The notes: generated from the letters alone by a model not told the origin. A stretch of 64,000 bases of DNA from Candidatus Binatia bacterium (GCA_963664395.2 OY761159.2:3168001-3232000); one strand, 5' to 3'; positions 1 to 9,809 are shown, counted from the stretch's first letter. Numbers and translations are program-made.

Positions 1-489
1 AGCCCTGCGCGGGCCGCCCGTAACGCGGCGTGGCGTATCTCCATCCATGACAAGACCCGCGAGGGCGCACCAGCTCGCATCCTCACAGCCCGTTACAACC
101 GGCCACTGCCCACTGAGGCGATAGCCATCATGTTCCGGCACGGCCCGCCCGGCCGGTGCCGCCGAGAAGCCAAAGTTGCGATTCGGTTCGGCAAAGAGTT
201 TCGCCCGCTCGTCCTCAGCCAGCCAGCCGGCAGCCAGGCAGGCAGGTTGAGAATTGCCGATACACCAGCCCACGGCTGGGTCGGCGGCACTGACCGCTTC
301 AATAGCGGCGAACGCGACCGCCGGGGAGGCTTCCAGGCCACCGACTTCATGCGGGGCGAAGAGTCTAAAGAGCCCGGCCTGGCCGACCGCGGCGAACACT
401 TCGTTCACCAGTCTGGCTTCCTGCTCTCCTTTGCCAAGATACTTGCGGATTAGGGGTTGCAGTTCGAGTGCGGCAGTGACGAGGTTCAT
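1..489 (-). CDS. Acyl-CoA dehydrogenase-like flavin monooxygenase (HsaA-like), runs off the window edge
   Basis: Manual translation from ATG at 489 with a GGAG RBS: MNLVTAALELQPLIR...AGLFRLFAPHEVGGLE...DGYRLSGQWPVVTGCEDASW; frame stays open to base 1. Confidence 0.8.
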   Translation of the reverse strand, partial: MNLVTAALELQPLIRKYLGKGEQEARLVNEVFAAVGQAGLFRLFAPHEVGGLEASPAVAFAAIEAVSAADPAVGWCIGNSQPACLAAGWLAEDERAKLFAEPNRNFGFSAAPAGRAVPEHDGYRLSGQWPVVTGCEDASWCALAGLVMDGDTPRRVTGGPRRA

Positions 490-614
490 ACGTCCGCTCC
501 TTATGGGTTGCCTGGATGTTCTCTCTACTCCACGCTCTCACGGGAGCAAGCTCGACCTCTTGCCTCCCCGCTCCTGGCTGTTATGGGAGCAGTATAAAGC
601 TTTGGGAGGGCAAA

Positions 615-1835
615 ATGAATCAGCCGAAACATGTGCTTGATGGCTACAAGGTCTTGGACTTCTCACAAATTGTGGCAGGACCGACCTGCACGCTGATGCT
701 GGCCGAAATGGGGGCTGAGGTCATCAAGGTGGAACTGGCGCCTGCCGGCGACGGCGCACGCATGGGTCCGGTCGTGGTCAATGGCCGCAGCGGCTACTTT
801 GTCCAACACAACCGCGGCAAGAAGGACGTATGCCTCGACGCCAAAACTCCCGAGGGGCTCACTATCCTCAAGGGGCTGGTTGAGAAAGTCGATGTGCTGG
901 TGGAGAACTATGCCCCCGGAGTAATAGGGCGATTAGGACTCGGTTACGATGTTGTGAGCAAACTCAACCCCCGGCTGGTGATGTGCTCGATTTCTGCCTT
1001 TGGGCAGACCGGACCACTCGCGCATGAACCCGGCTTCGACTGGGTGGGAGCGGCATACTCCGGCGTCACATCGATGGGCGGCGAAAAGGACGGTCCGCCC
1101 ATATTTCCGATGGTGGCCTTGGGCGATGTCTCGACCGGCGCACATGCCATGGGGGCCGTCTGCGCCGCGTTGTTATACCGCGAGCGAACCGGGCGCGGAC
1201 AGCACCTGGACCTGGCACTGCTCGATACCTATGCGCATTACCATGAGGCCAGCTTTCAGATGTACAGCCTGAGCAAAGGAAAAATAAACCCGACCCGCTC
1301 GGGAGCGCATTCGTGGTACGCGGCCCCCGCCGGTGTGTTCAAGGGGCGTGAGCGCTATATGATTCTTATCGCCCCCCTGGAGCAGCACTGGACCAAGCTG
1401 TGCGAGGCAATGGGGCAGCCGGAGCTGGCACGGGACCCGCGCTTTACCGACAACGAATCGCGCATGAAGAACCTGGACGAATTGGTGGAGACCATTGAAG
1501 CCTGGCTTCGCTCTCAGCCGAGTGATGACGCGGCCATTGCGACCCTGAAAGAGCACCATGTGCCGATTGCCCCAATTCTGTCAGTCCCCGAGGCGCTCCA
1601 GCATCCGCATCTGCGCCAGCGCGGAACGGTCCGAACGGTCCACGACCGTATTCTCGGCGATATGGACGTACCGGGCTTCGCGCTCCGGTTTTCGGAATTT
1701 CCCCAGACTCTTGAGCTGCAAGCCCCGACGCTGGGCGAGCATAATAGGGAAATCCTGACCCAATGGCTCGGCTATACGCCAGACCAGGTGCAGGAGTTGG
1801 AACGCAAGCAGATTCTGCGCAGCGGCCCGGTGTGA
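615..1835 (+). CDS. CaiB/BaiF family III CoA transferase
   Basis: LDGYKVLDFSQIVAGP, GAEVIKVE, NRGKK, ENYAPG, APTLGEHN; start moved to ATG 615 after GGGAGG. Confidence 0.93.
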   Translation: MNQPKHVLDGYKVLDFSQIVAGPTCTLMLAEMGAEVIKVELAPAGDGARMGPVVVNGRSGYFVQHNRGKKDVCLDAKTPEGLTILKGLVEKVDVLVENYAPGVIGRLGLGYDVVSKLNPRLVMCSISAFGQTGPLAHEPGFDWVGAAYSGVTSMGGEKDGPPIFPMVALGDVSTGAHAMGAVCAALLYRERTGRGQHLDLALLDTYAHYHEASFQMYSLSKGKINPTRSGAHSWYAAPAGVFKGRERYMILIAPLEQHWTKLCEAMGQPELARDPRFTDNESRMKNLDELVETIEAWLRSQPSDDAAIATLKEHHVPIAPILSVPEALQHPHLRQRGTVRTVHDRILGDMDVPGFALRFSEFPQTLELQAPTLGEHNREILTQWLGYTPDQVQELERKQILRSGPV

Positions 1836-1896
1836 GAGGTGAAAGGTCCGGCCATTCTCAATCAGCCGTATATTCCAACGTTCGATATGAAAAAGA

Positions 1897-2664
1897 ATGA
1901 ACACCGATAAACGGCAGCTTATAGAATCATTGGTACGCTCAATCCCGGCGTTGACCGCTGGCCAACTCCACTGGATTCGGCGTGTGGTCTCTGTTTTCTC
2001 TGCCGATCACACATTCATATTGAATGGGAGTGATTTATTCGAGGAAACCACCCTGCAAAACTTTGGAGATGCCCTGCGGGTTCATCATAGTTTCTCGTCA
2101 GAACCCTTTAGTAAGGACAAGTTTGAGTATGTTCTCGTCCATGTCCTGAAGATGAGCGGCCATAAGGCTGAACTGGCCCCAAAAGGCAATCCGGGCCATG
2201 ACGCTACCGTTGATGGGGTGCAATTATCATTGAAGACGCAGGCAGATAAAAATATTAAGGAAGGCACCTTGTGGATCAGCAAATTCATGGAACTGGGGAG
2301 AGGAGATTGGGGTGATGACCCGAACGACCTTGAAGGATTGCGCGGCCAGTTTCTCAACCATCTGGAGCGCTATGAGAAGATACTGAGCCTCCGGGCTGTC
2401 AGAAAGGCACCACGCTGGAAATATGAACTTGTTGAAATCCCAATAGAGGTTCTCAAACTCGCCAAGGCTGGCGAGCTTGAAATGAAATTAGGCAGCAAAC
2501 AGTTCCCAAAGCCCGGCTACTGTTATGTCCGCAATGAGGACGGCCAGACTGTTTTCAGTCTATACTTTGACGGTGGCGGCGAGAGAAAATTGCAGATCAA
2601 GAACCTGAATAAATATTCCTGTCGAGTTCACGCACAGTGGGAATTTTTCATACCTCAGGAATGA
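1897..2664 (+). CDS. Type II restriction endonuclease, SmaI-like (CCCGGG predicted)
   Basis: NPGHD..VD...SLKT, SKFMELG.G.W, SKQFPKPGY, FSLYFDGGGERKLQIK match my recall of R.SmaI; convergent with an N4C methylase. Confidence 0.8.
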   Translation: MNTDKRQLIESLVRSIPALTAGQLHWIRRVVSVFSADHTFILNGSDLFEETTLQNFGDALRVHHSFSSEPFSKDKFEYVLVHVLKMSGHKAELAPKGNPGHDATVDGVQLSLKTQADKNIKEGTLWISKFMELGRGDWGDDPNDLEGLRGQFLNHLERYEKILSLRAVRKAPRWKYELVEIPIEVLKLAKAGELEMKLGSKQFPKPGYCYVRNEDGQTVFSLYFDGGGERKLQIKNLNKYSCRVHAQWEFFIPQE

Positions 2665-3535
2665 GGGCCGCTTGCACCATTGCCGCCCTCCGCTCTGCGA
2701 TGTCCAGATACTCACTATTCAGTTCTATACCGACACAGCGCCGCCCGAGTTCTTGTGTCACAATCCCAACCGTGCCGGCGCCATAAAAAGGGTCAAGGAT
2801 AATATCGTCTTTCCGGCTGCCAGCGACAATGCAGGGTCGAATCAAGGCTCTGGGAAAGACCGCAAAATGCGCCTCCGGACAGGGTTCCGTATTTATCGAC
2901 CAGACCGTTCGCCTGTTTTTCCGTCCGTTGCCCTGTGTCGTGTGCTCCTTAATTGCTTCTTGGTCAAAATAGTACCGCTCGGATTTTGAAAACATGAACA
3001 GATATTCGTGGGACACCGTAAACCTGTCTTTGACGCTTTCGGGCTGGCAATTGGGTTTGTGCCAGATAATGTCATTGCGCAGATACCAGCCGTCTTTTTG
3101 ACACTCCAGGGCTAATAACCAAGCGACTCCAATCAAATCCTTTTTCTTCAGTCCAGGCGGAGTTGGCGGGCGGTACGACATCGCTCGTCCCTTATTCTTA
3201 TCATCTGCATCTCTCCATTTTCTGCCACCGGACGAGTAGGTATTCCCGATATTGAGCCAGAACGTGCCATCCGACTTCAACACCCTACGAACCTCACGAA
3301 AGACGCCGACAAGGTGTTCAATGTATTGGGATAAATCCGGCTCGGCACCGATCTGATTTTCAATGCCATAGTCTCTGACACCCCAATACGGAGGCGAGGT
3401 GACGACGCATTGAAACGTATCATCCGGGAACTGTTGAATAAGGTCACGCGCATCCCCATGCAGCGTCACAACAGGATGCTGTCGAGTTGGTAGGGCTATG
3501 CTGGTCTCGGCGATTGTTTTAAGGACGGTCGTCAT
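2648..3535 (-). CDS. N4-cytosine DNA methyltransferase (beta class, M.SmaI/Cfr9I-like)
   Basis: Motif IV VTSPPYWG precedes motif I LDPFYGAGT; WHKPN.QPESVKDR, HFAVFP. Confidence 0.92.
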   Translation of the reverse strand: MTTVLKTIAETSIALPTRQHPVVTLHGDARDLIQQFPDDTFQCVVTSPPYWGVRDYGIENQIGAEPDLSQYIEHLVGVFREVRRVLKSDGTFWLNIGNTYSSGGRKWRDADDKNKGRAMSYRPPTPPGLKKKDLIGVAWLLALECQKDGWYLRNDIIWHKPNCQPESVKDRFTVSHEYLFMFSKSERYYFDQEAIKEHTTQGNGRKNRRTVWSINTEPCPEAHFAVFPRALIRPCIVAGSRKDDIILDPFYGAGTVGIVTQELGRRCVGIELNSEYLDIAERRAAMVQAALIPEV

Positions 3536-3565
3536 TTTTTGCAGTCTGAAATGCTTTCAGCGTAT

Positions 3566-3769
3566 TCACAAGTTCTGCTGCTGTTTTCTGGGCCGGCCCC
3601 GTTTCTTTTTTCCGTGTCTTGCAAACTCGGCCAGGGTGCTCTCCTTAATCATGTGATCTCTACCGTATTTTTCAGATTCGAGGCGTTCTTCAACGATATA
3701 CTGGCGAACTCTTGAAGGTGTAACACCAAGGTATTTCGCAGCATCGCCTGTTGTAAAATACTTTTTCAT
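3566..3769 (-). CDS. Small excisionase-like HTH (HTH_17) DNA-binding protein
   Basis: TTGDAAKYLGVTPSRVRQYI, C-terminal RGRPR AT-hook-like motif; co-oriented 30 nt upstream of the methylase. Confidence 0.8.
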   Translation of the reverse strand: MKKYFTTGDAAKYLGVTPSRVRQYIVEERLESEKYGRDHMIKESTLAEFARHGKKKRGRPRKQQQNL

Positions 3770-3840
3770 GCGTTAGGAGTAGTAGTCCATTTGTTTGTGT
3801 TTTTCAACCTATATATGTTCAGAAAAATTCCATATAAGCC

Positions 3841-4077
3841 ATGAAAAAGAAACAGACACAAGTCTCTTCCTTCGCGGTCTGCATCAGTAACGAGGCCTAC
3901 AAAGCGTCGTTGGAGGTAGGGAAATTATATCGAGTCATCCCAGATGAAGAAGCTGCCTCTCACGGATACATTCGCGTTGTTGACGAGAGTGGGGAAGATT
4001 ATGGTTATGCAGCAGACCGGTTTTTCCCACTCGAAATCCCCCAAGCCTTGGTAGACGCACTACGGATAGCTGGGTAG
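3841..4077 (+). CDS. Conserved small hypothetical protein
   Basis: FAVCI.N..Y.ASLEVGKLY...IRVVDESGEDY pattern of a widespread accessory small-protein family. Confidence 0.7.
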   Translation: MKKKQTQVSSFAVCISNEAYKASLEVGKLYRVIPDEEAASHGYIRVVDESGEDYGYAADRFFPLEIPQALVDALRIAG

Positions 4078-4201
4078 TGACGACGAAGCAGGCTGTAATG
4101 ACCTGTCCAGTATTGAAATGGCTAAATAATGCAAAGGCTACAAGATTTGGCCATTTTTAATCGGCCCTCTATTGTGACTTATATCCATGAAGGGATCGTG
4201 A

Positions 4202-5905
4202 ATGAGTAACTCCTTACAATCGGTTCATGTTAAGCGTTTCAAAGGGATCAAGGACGCGCCATTTGATGTATCCACCATAAATGCCTTTATTGGCGCAAAT
4301 AATTCTGGGAAGAGCACCTTGGCGCAGATAATTCACTTTGGAATCGGAATCTTTCAATCGATCGAACTAGCCGAACGATGGGGGAACCAGGGGTATGTCT
4401 CGTTGAGTTTGAGCCCTACACAGCTTCTCTACTCTCCGTGTGCGGACCTATACGCATTGGGTTTTGGTGGGAAACTGATTGAATCTCTTGATACTGCTAT
4501 AGAACTCAGGCTAGTCCTCTCGGATGGGGAACAGGTTTGCTTGATAATACGTAAGGGTAGGAATGGCAATATCCATGTTCATGTTGATAACGTCTCAGAG
4601 GCCCGTAAGTTGGCAAGCCTAGAGAAGCCGTTCACTATCTACTCGCCCGGTCTTGCTGGTATTGCGAGGAGCGAATCGTCAATTTCGACTGGCGTTCTTC
4701 TCCGCACAATCGCCAGAGGCGACGCGAACTTAGTTCTACGAAACATCCTTTTACGACTCTCAAAGGAGACCTCTCAGGATGCATGGCCGGAATTCCTAGA
4801 TGACCTGAAACAGCTTTTTGGGGATATAGACATAACCGTCCATTACGACGAAGACACGGATGAGCATATTATGATCTTTGTAGACACGGGTACCGGCCGT
4901 GTCCCGATAGAACTTGCTGGGACAGGCGTCCTGCAGGCTGTCCAAATCCTTGGATATGTTCACTACTTTCACCCTTCTGCGATCATTCTGGATGAGCCTG
5001 ATTCGCACCTGCATCCGAATAACCAAAGGTTACTCTGCAAACTCCTTCAAGGTGTCGCTGAAGAGCGGGATACTCAAGTGTTCCTCACTACTCATTCCCG
5101 ACATGTGGTCGACGCCCTTAGCGGTCAGGCCACATTCCTTTGGGTCCGCAATGGGACTGTGGAGAAAATGGATCAGGATCATGACTTGGCGATTTTGCTG
5201 GATATCGGTGCCCTTGATGTGAAGGAGATGTTATCTCAGTCCCACGCAAAATGCATTGTCCTTACTGAAGATGCGCTGAAACGAGGGCTCGAGGTGCTTC
5301 TTAGCTCATCTGGCATACCAATGGACGAAACACTAACTTTGGCCTACTACGGATGTACTTCACCTCACAATCTCCGCCCATTATTAGACCTTATTAGAGC
5401 CTCAAATCCCCAGGCCAAGATCGTTGTTCATAGAGATCGAGATTACCTGACGGACGAAGAGAGTACCAAGTGGGAGACCGAGATTCGGAGCATGGCGGCA
5501 GAGCCGTTTCTGACTCTTGGTGTGGACATTGAGTCTCACTTCCTTCATGCAAATCACCTAGCGGAGTTGAACGGAAAAACAGAAGCAGAGATGGATCGAC
5601 TGCTCAGACGAGCGACCGAGGAATGTCGCGAGTCGTCCATAGAGAAGTATGTAAACGGCAGAACTGATATCGCCAAGAAGGCGGGGACTTTTGGGGCCTT
5701 AAACCTAGGTCAAATGGCGACTAGGGCACCTCAATTGGTTGATGATAATGCTGAACGATACCGTCATGCGAAGACGGTTTTGAAAAAAGCGCGCCAATTA
5801 TATCAACAAGACTCTAGCACCAGTCTTAACGTTATTGCTCCATCGCCCCACATCACGGTAGAAGAATTATCAACCTTAGCGAGAAGGCTGAGAGGCGAGA
5901 GATAA
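4202..5905 (+). CDS. OLD-like ABC ATPase with C-terminal TOPRIM-like domain (putative defence nuclease)
   Basis: Walker A GANNSGKS, Walker B ILDEPDSHLHP, TTHS; then VLTED and HRDRD (E and DxD of TOPRIM). Confidence 0.8.
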   Translation: MSNSLQSVHVKRFKGIKDAPFDVSTINAFIGANNSGKSTLAQIIHFGIGIFQSIELAERWGNQGYVSLSLSPTQLLYSPCADLYALGFGGKLIESLDTAIELRLVLSDGEQVCLIIRKGRNGNIHVHVDNVSEARKLASLEKPFTIYSPGLAGIARSESSISTGVLLRTIARGDANLVLRNILLRLSKETSQDAWPEFLDDLKQLFGDIDITVHYDEDTDEHIMIFVDTGTGRVPIELAGTGVLQAVQILGYVHYFHPSAIILDEPDSHLHPNNQRLLCKLLQGVAEERDTQVFLTTHSRHVVDALSGQATFLWVRNGTVEKMDQDHDLAILLDIGALDVKEMLSQSHAKCIVLTEDALKRGLEVLLSSSGIPMDETLTLAYYGCTSPHNLRPLLDLIRASNPQAKIVVHRDRDYLTDEESTKWETEIRSMAAEPFLTLGVDIESHFLHANHLAELNGKTEAEMDRLLRRATEECRESSIEKYVNGRTDIAKKAGTFGALNLGQMATRAPQLVDDNAERYRHAKTVLKKARQLYQQDSSTSLNVIAPSPHITVEELSTLARRLRGER

Positions 5906-5983
5906 TTATCCAGTCTGGCCGAACGCCGAAGGCGACAGTTGGGTCTGGGCTATCCCGCCTTCGGTACTTCACCGAAAGTCGCC

Positions 5984-6010
5984 CACCTGTGGATAGCTCA
6001 TCCACAGGTG
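5984..6010. terminator. Perfect 11-bp hairpin between convergent genes
   Basis: CACCTGTGGAT-AGCTC-ATCCACAGGTG. Confidence 0.45.
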
Positions 6011-6039
6011 TCGTAGTCGACGCTCCGGTACTGAAGGTC

Positions 6040-7176
6040 CTAACTCAGGTTGTAGAATTGCATAGCGCCTCCAGCCAGCACCGCGCGCCGATGTTCTTCC
6101 GGCAGCTTTTCGGCAATCTGGGCCGGTGCCCCAGGAAAGAAGCCGTCCGGGTGGGGATAGTCGGTCGCCCATAGGACTTTGTGTGGGCCGATATAGTCCA
6201 CCGTATGGGTCAGGTTGCCTTCCACCGGTTCATACGAAATCCAACACTGGCGCTTGAAATACTCGCTGGGCGGCATGGTCAGCGAAGAATCGTTGAACAG
6301 CCCCTTATCTTCATAGTGACGGTCCATACGGTCCAGCCAGGGGGCCATCCACCCCCCGCCTGACTCCAGAAAACCAACCCGCACTTTAGGGAAGCGTTCG
6401 CACACGCCGTCCCAGATGATCGACAGCGCGGCCAGCATCATCTCCATGGTGTGCGACACCATATGCTTGGCCCCAAAGCTCCGAAAACGCTCCACCCCGA
6501 CGGCGGGCATGCCACCGGTTCCTTCGTGGATGCCAACCGAAAAGTCGAGGTCCTGGGCTTCGGCCCAAAACACGTCGTAGTCCCGGTGCCCGAGCATTTT
6601 GTCGTTATACGGGTTGGGCCGTAGAAAACCGGCCCGCATGCCGAGTTCGTTGCGCGCATAGCGCATCTCTTCCACCGCCAGCTCAATCGACTGCATGGGC
6701 AGCAGGGCCACGCCAAACAGCCGGTCCGGGTAGGGGGCGCAGTAATCGGCCAGCCAGCGGTTATAGGCCCGGCTGGCCGCGGCGGCGAGTTGGGGGTCCT
6801 CGATCGCGCCGGCAAAGAGGCCAAGGCTGGGATACAGAAAGGCAGCGTCAATGCCGTCCAGGTCCATGTCCGGAATCCGGGCGTGCGGATCAAAGCCACC
6901 CTTGCGCCCCTGGGTGTATTCCATGTGGATCTCCACTTTCGGCGCGTGGACCCATTTCCCGTTGACCTTTTCGCGCACGCCAATTGCCCCGAGCAACCCC
7001 AGGCCGGCGGGCGGACCAAGCAATTTCCCCTCTACCTGAAAACGCTCTTTCCCCGCTTTATCAACGATCAACTCGGGTGCCTGCTCGCGATAGGCCGGAT
7101 CAATATATTCCCGCCAGAAATTGCGCGGTTCCAGGACGTGGCCATCCGAATCGATCACATTATACGTGCGTCCCAT
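6040..7176 (-). CDS. Amidohydrolase_2 family metal-dependent hydrolase
   Basis: IDSDGHVLE, DMDLDGID, GIHEG, LESGGGW, WATDYPHPD; start at ATG 7176 after AGGAGG. Confidence 0.92.
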   Translation of the reverse strand: MGRTYNVIDSDGHVLEPRNFWREYIDPAYREQAPELIVDKAGKERFQVEGKLLGPPAGLGLLGAIGVREKVNGKWVHAPKVEIHMEYTQGRKGGFDPHARIPDMDLDGIDAAFLYPSLGLFAGAIEDPQLAAAASRAYNRWLADYCAPYPDRLFGVALLPMQSIELAVEEMRYARNELGMRAGFLRPNPYNDKMLGHRDYDVFWAEAQDLDFSVGIHEGTGGMPAVGVERFRSFGAKHMVSHTMEMMLAALSIIWDGVCERFPKVRVGFLESGGGWMAPWLDRMDRHYEDKGLFNDSSLTMPPSEYFKRQCWISYEPVEGNLTHTVDYIGPHKVLWATDYPHPDGFFPGAPAQIAEKLPEEHRRAVLAGGAMQFYNLS

Positions 7177-7490
7177 GTGTTCCCTCCTTTGCACCACGGA
7201 GGTGCGACATACAAGCATATTCAGAGCCGACTCTCAGCCTCTAGCACCAGAGGCCTCCTAATACAAGAAATCTTGAAAGCCCTCTGATAGTGATGGACAA
7301 ATTTCAGTTCGTGGCTATAAGCAAATGCGACCCGCCGCTCACCTTCGCCGTACGCCGCGGCAGCTACGGTCTCGCGTTTGGCCTGGTCCTCTGCGGTTGG
7401 GGCCGCAATCTTGTGGGGCGGGTAGAGATTGATACCAGACGGAAAGGAAGGTAACGTTTCTGAAACAGATTAAAAAAGAGGAGAAGTGTT

Positions 7491-7997
7491 ATGAATCGTT
7501 TTCTGGGTTTCGTTGTTGGCTGTATTGCTCTGTTTGGACTTATGCCTATTCCTGCGCACGCGTGTACCTGTCTCACACCGCCGTCGCCAAGCGGAGGAGC
7601 GGAAGCCGTGGACGTCGTCTTTGTGGGGAAGGTGGCGGATATTGAGCATATTGAAGCCGATGGCTGGCTGTACGGTTCTTGGAAATCCATGCTGGGTGCT
7701 GAACACCTATACGAATTTGAGACGCTCCGAGTCTCTATGGATGTCAGCACTGCCATTAAAGGTACGGACAAATCTCAACTAACCCTCGAAACAGCAGCCA
7801 CAACAGAACTGTGTGGGGTATTGTTCCAGGAAGGGGAAGAATATCTGGTCTATGCCTTCAATGGTGTCGGTGAGACAGTGACGACAGATATGTGCACGCG
7901 AACAGCGACCTCAAAAAAGGCGGCTTCTGACATTAAAGCCCTGGTGAATAATGAAATCACCCCAATCTGCGAAGGCTGGACGTGCATTGACGACTAG
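7491..7997 (+). CDS. Secreted TIMP/NTR-like domain protein
   Basis: Signal peptide ending AHA then CTC; DVVFVGKV, CG..F..GEEYLVYA, CTRT. Confidence 0.7.
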   Translation: MNRFLGFVVGCIALFGLMPIPAHACTCLTPPSPSGGAEAVDVVFVGKVADIEHIEADGWLYGSWKSMLGAEHLYEFETLRVSMDVSTAIKGTDKSQLTLETAATTELCGVLFQEGEEYLVYAFNGVGETVTTDMCTRTATSKKAASDIKALVNNEITPICEGWTCIDD

Positions 7998-8017
7998 GCT
8001 CAGGACGAATGAGAGGC

Positions 8018-8436
8018 ATGCAACTGCACTATCCTGACTCGATTGACGATATTGAGCTGTCGAACTGGGACTTCTGGCGCAAAAGTCCTGAAGAACGAGA
8101 GGGCGCTTTTGCGCTGCTGCGCAAAGAGCGCCCGATTGCTTTCTTCGAGGAAGGCGAGACCAGCGTTCCGGTGCAGGGAGCGGGCTGGCGGTCTTCGAGG
8201 ACCCGTATGGCTTTGATGTCACTCGGAGCCCGAATGAGCATCTCGGATTTGGCGCGGGCGCCCACTTCTGCTTAGGGGCAAACCTGGCCCGGCGGGAGAT
8301 GGAAGTCATGTTTCGGGAACTCTTTCAGCGCCTTCCGAACCTCGAAATCACCGGAGAACCCGAGCGGCTGACGAATGATTTTATTCACGGGATTAAGCAT
8401 CTGCCGTGTCGTTTCTCGCCAGGACCGCTCATCTGA
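8018..8436 (+). pseudogene. Cytochrome P450 remnant with a large internal deletion
   Basis: N-terminal ~57 aa joined out of frame near 8188 to AVFEDPYGFDVTRSPNEHLGFGAGAHFCLGANLARRE (heme Cys motif); TGA at 8434-8436. Confidence 0.85.
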
Positions 8437-8491
8437 TACGCCCTTTTCTGACACACCCTTTCAGGAAACAAACCGGAACAGGAGGAAACAT

Positions 8492-9253
8492 ATGGCAGGA
8501 CTGACCGAGGGAAAAGTTGCACTCGTGACCGGAGCCGGGTCCGGTATTGGTCGGGCCACGGCGCTCGTCTTTGCCCGAGAAGGTGCCAAAGTCGTGGTGT
8601 CAGATATTGTGGTGGAAGGTGGTCAGGAAACCGTGCAGCAGATTGAAGCCGCGGGTGGAGAAGCCATTTTTGTCAAAGCCGATGTGTCGCAGGCCGCAGA
8701 TGTGGAGACGCTGATCGCAAAGACAGTTGAGACATATGGCCGCCTCGACTGCGCGTTCAATAATGCGGGCATCGAGGGGGGTATGAAGCTAACAATTGAC
8801 TGCACCAAGGAAGAGTTTGACCGGACGATTGCGGTCAATCTGACTGGCGTCTGGCTGTGCATGAAATACGAGATCCAACAGATGCTCAGCCAGGGCAGTG
8901 GGGCGATTGTGAATACCGCATCGGCTGCCGGTCTTGTTGGCTTTCCCGGCCTGCCTGACTATGTGGCGAGTAAACATGGTGTGGTCGGTCTGACCAAGAC
9001 CGCAGCGCTGGAATATGCCAAATCCGGCATTCGGGTGAACGCCGTCTGTCCGGGAGTGATTCAAACCCCCATGGTCGAACGGGGAGCACAACTGTCTCCG
9101 GGATTCGATGAACTCGCCCTGTCCATGGAGCCGGTTGGCCGCTTCGGGCAGCCCTCGGAAATTGGCGAAGCCGTAGTCTGGCTGTGTTCGGATGCGGCCT
9201 CGTTTGTAACCGGTATTCCGATGCAGGTGGACGGTGGCCTGGTGGCGCAGTAA
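8492..9253 (+). CDS. Short-chain dehydrogenase/reductase
   Basis: TGAGSGIG, NNAG, YVASK, VDGG; RBS AGGAGG. Confidence 0.95.
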   Translation: MAGLTEGKVALVTGAGSGIGRATALVFAREGAKVVVSDIVVEGGQETVQQIEAAGGEAIFVKADVSQAADVETLIAKTVETYGRLDCAFNNAGIEGGMKLTIDCTKEEFDRTIAVNLTGVWLCMKYEIQQMLSQGSGAIVNTASAAGLVGFPGLPDYVASKHGVVGLTKTAALEYAKSGIRVNAVCPGVIQTPMVERGAQLSPGFDELALSMEPVGRFGQPSEIGEAVVWLCSDAASFVTGIPMQVDGGLVAQ

Positions 9254-9271
9254 CGTCTCTCGATTCCATGC

Positions 9272-9300
9272 AAAACGGGGCACTCTGGGGTGCCCCGTTT
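9272..9300. terminator. Likely bidirectional rho-independent terminator
   Basis: AAACGGGGCAC-loop-GTGCCCCGTTT between convergent genes. Confidence 0.65.
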
Positions 9301-9320
9301 CTCTCGGCCGCTCCGGTCGC

Positions 9321-9809
9321 TTAGCGTTCCTTGTCTTTCTTCGCACGCCACTCGGCGTGTTTCTCGGCTCGACGCGCCCGAAATTCCGCAATCAGGGTCG
9401 CCGCTTTCGCGCGTTGGGCCGGAGTCAGTTCGGCCCGGATGGCTAAGCCCATTGCCAGGGATTCTTCAGACAGAGTCGAGCGAAGCTGATTCAATTTGGC
9501 TTGCAGAGCGGTGAAGTCGCCGGCTTCAACATTCGACTCTCCCAGGAGTCGGTTCATGATCTCCTGACGGGTCTCCCGCAGATTCTTTTTGAGGCCGGTC
9601 AGGCTGTCCCGATGCTTCTTCTTGATCGCCTCGATACTGGCCTGCTGCGTTTCGGTCAGGTCCAAATTCTGCAACACGTGTGGGGGGAAGAAGCCAGGAC
9701 CACCCCGACCAAAACGCCCGTGTCCGGGGCGGGCGGACACGAGTGAGGCGAGCAGGAGTCCCGCGGCAACCACGCTGACACCGATGATGCTCCATTTTCT
9801 TTTTGTCAT
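9321..9809 (-). CDS. Spy/CpxP-family periplasmic protein
   Basis: Signal peptide, LDLTETQ and LTPAQR (LTxxQ) motifs. Confidence 0.8.
   Translation of the reverse strand: MTKRKWSIIGVSVVAAGLLLASLVSARPGHGRFGRGGPGFFPPHVLQNLDLTETQQASIEAIKKKHRDSLTGLKKNLRETRQEIMNRLLGESNVEAGDFTALQAKLNQLRSTLSEESLAMGLAIRAELTPAQRAKAATLIAEFRARRAEKHAEWRAKKDKER

Noticed and set aside
5906-6039. Integron attC site or DnaA boxes
   Set aside because: No properly spaced RYYYAAC/GTTRRRY pair and no integrase; the DnaA-like 9-mers are mismatched and are just the two arms of one hairpin.
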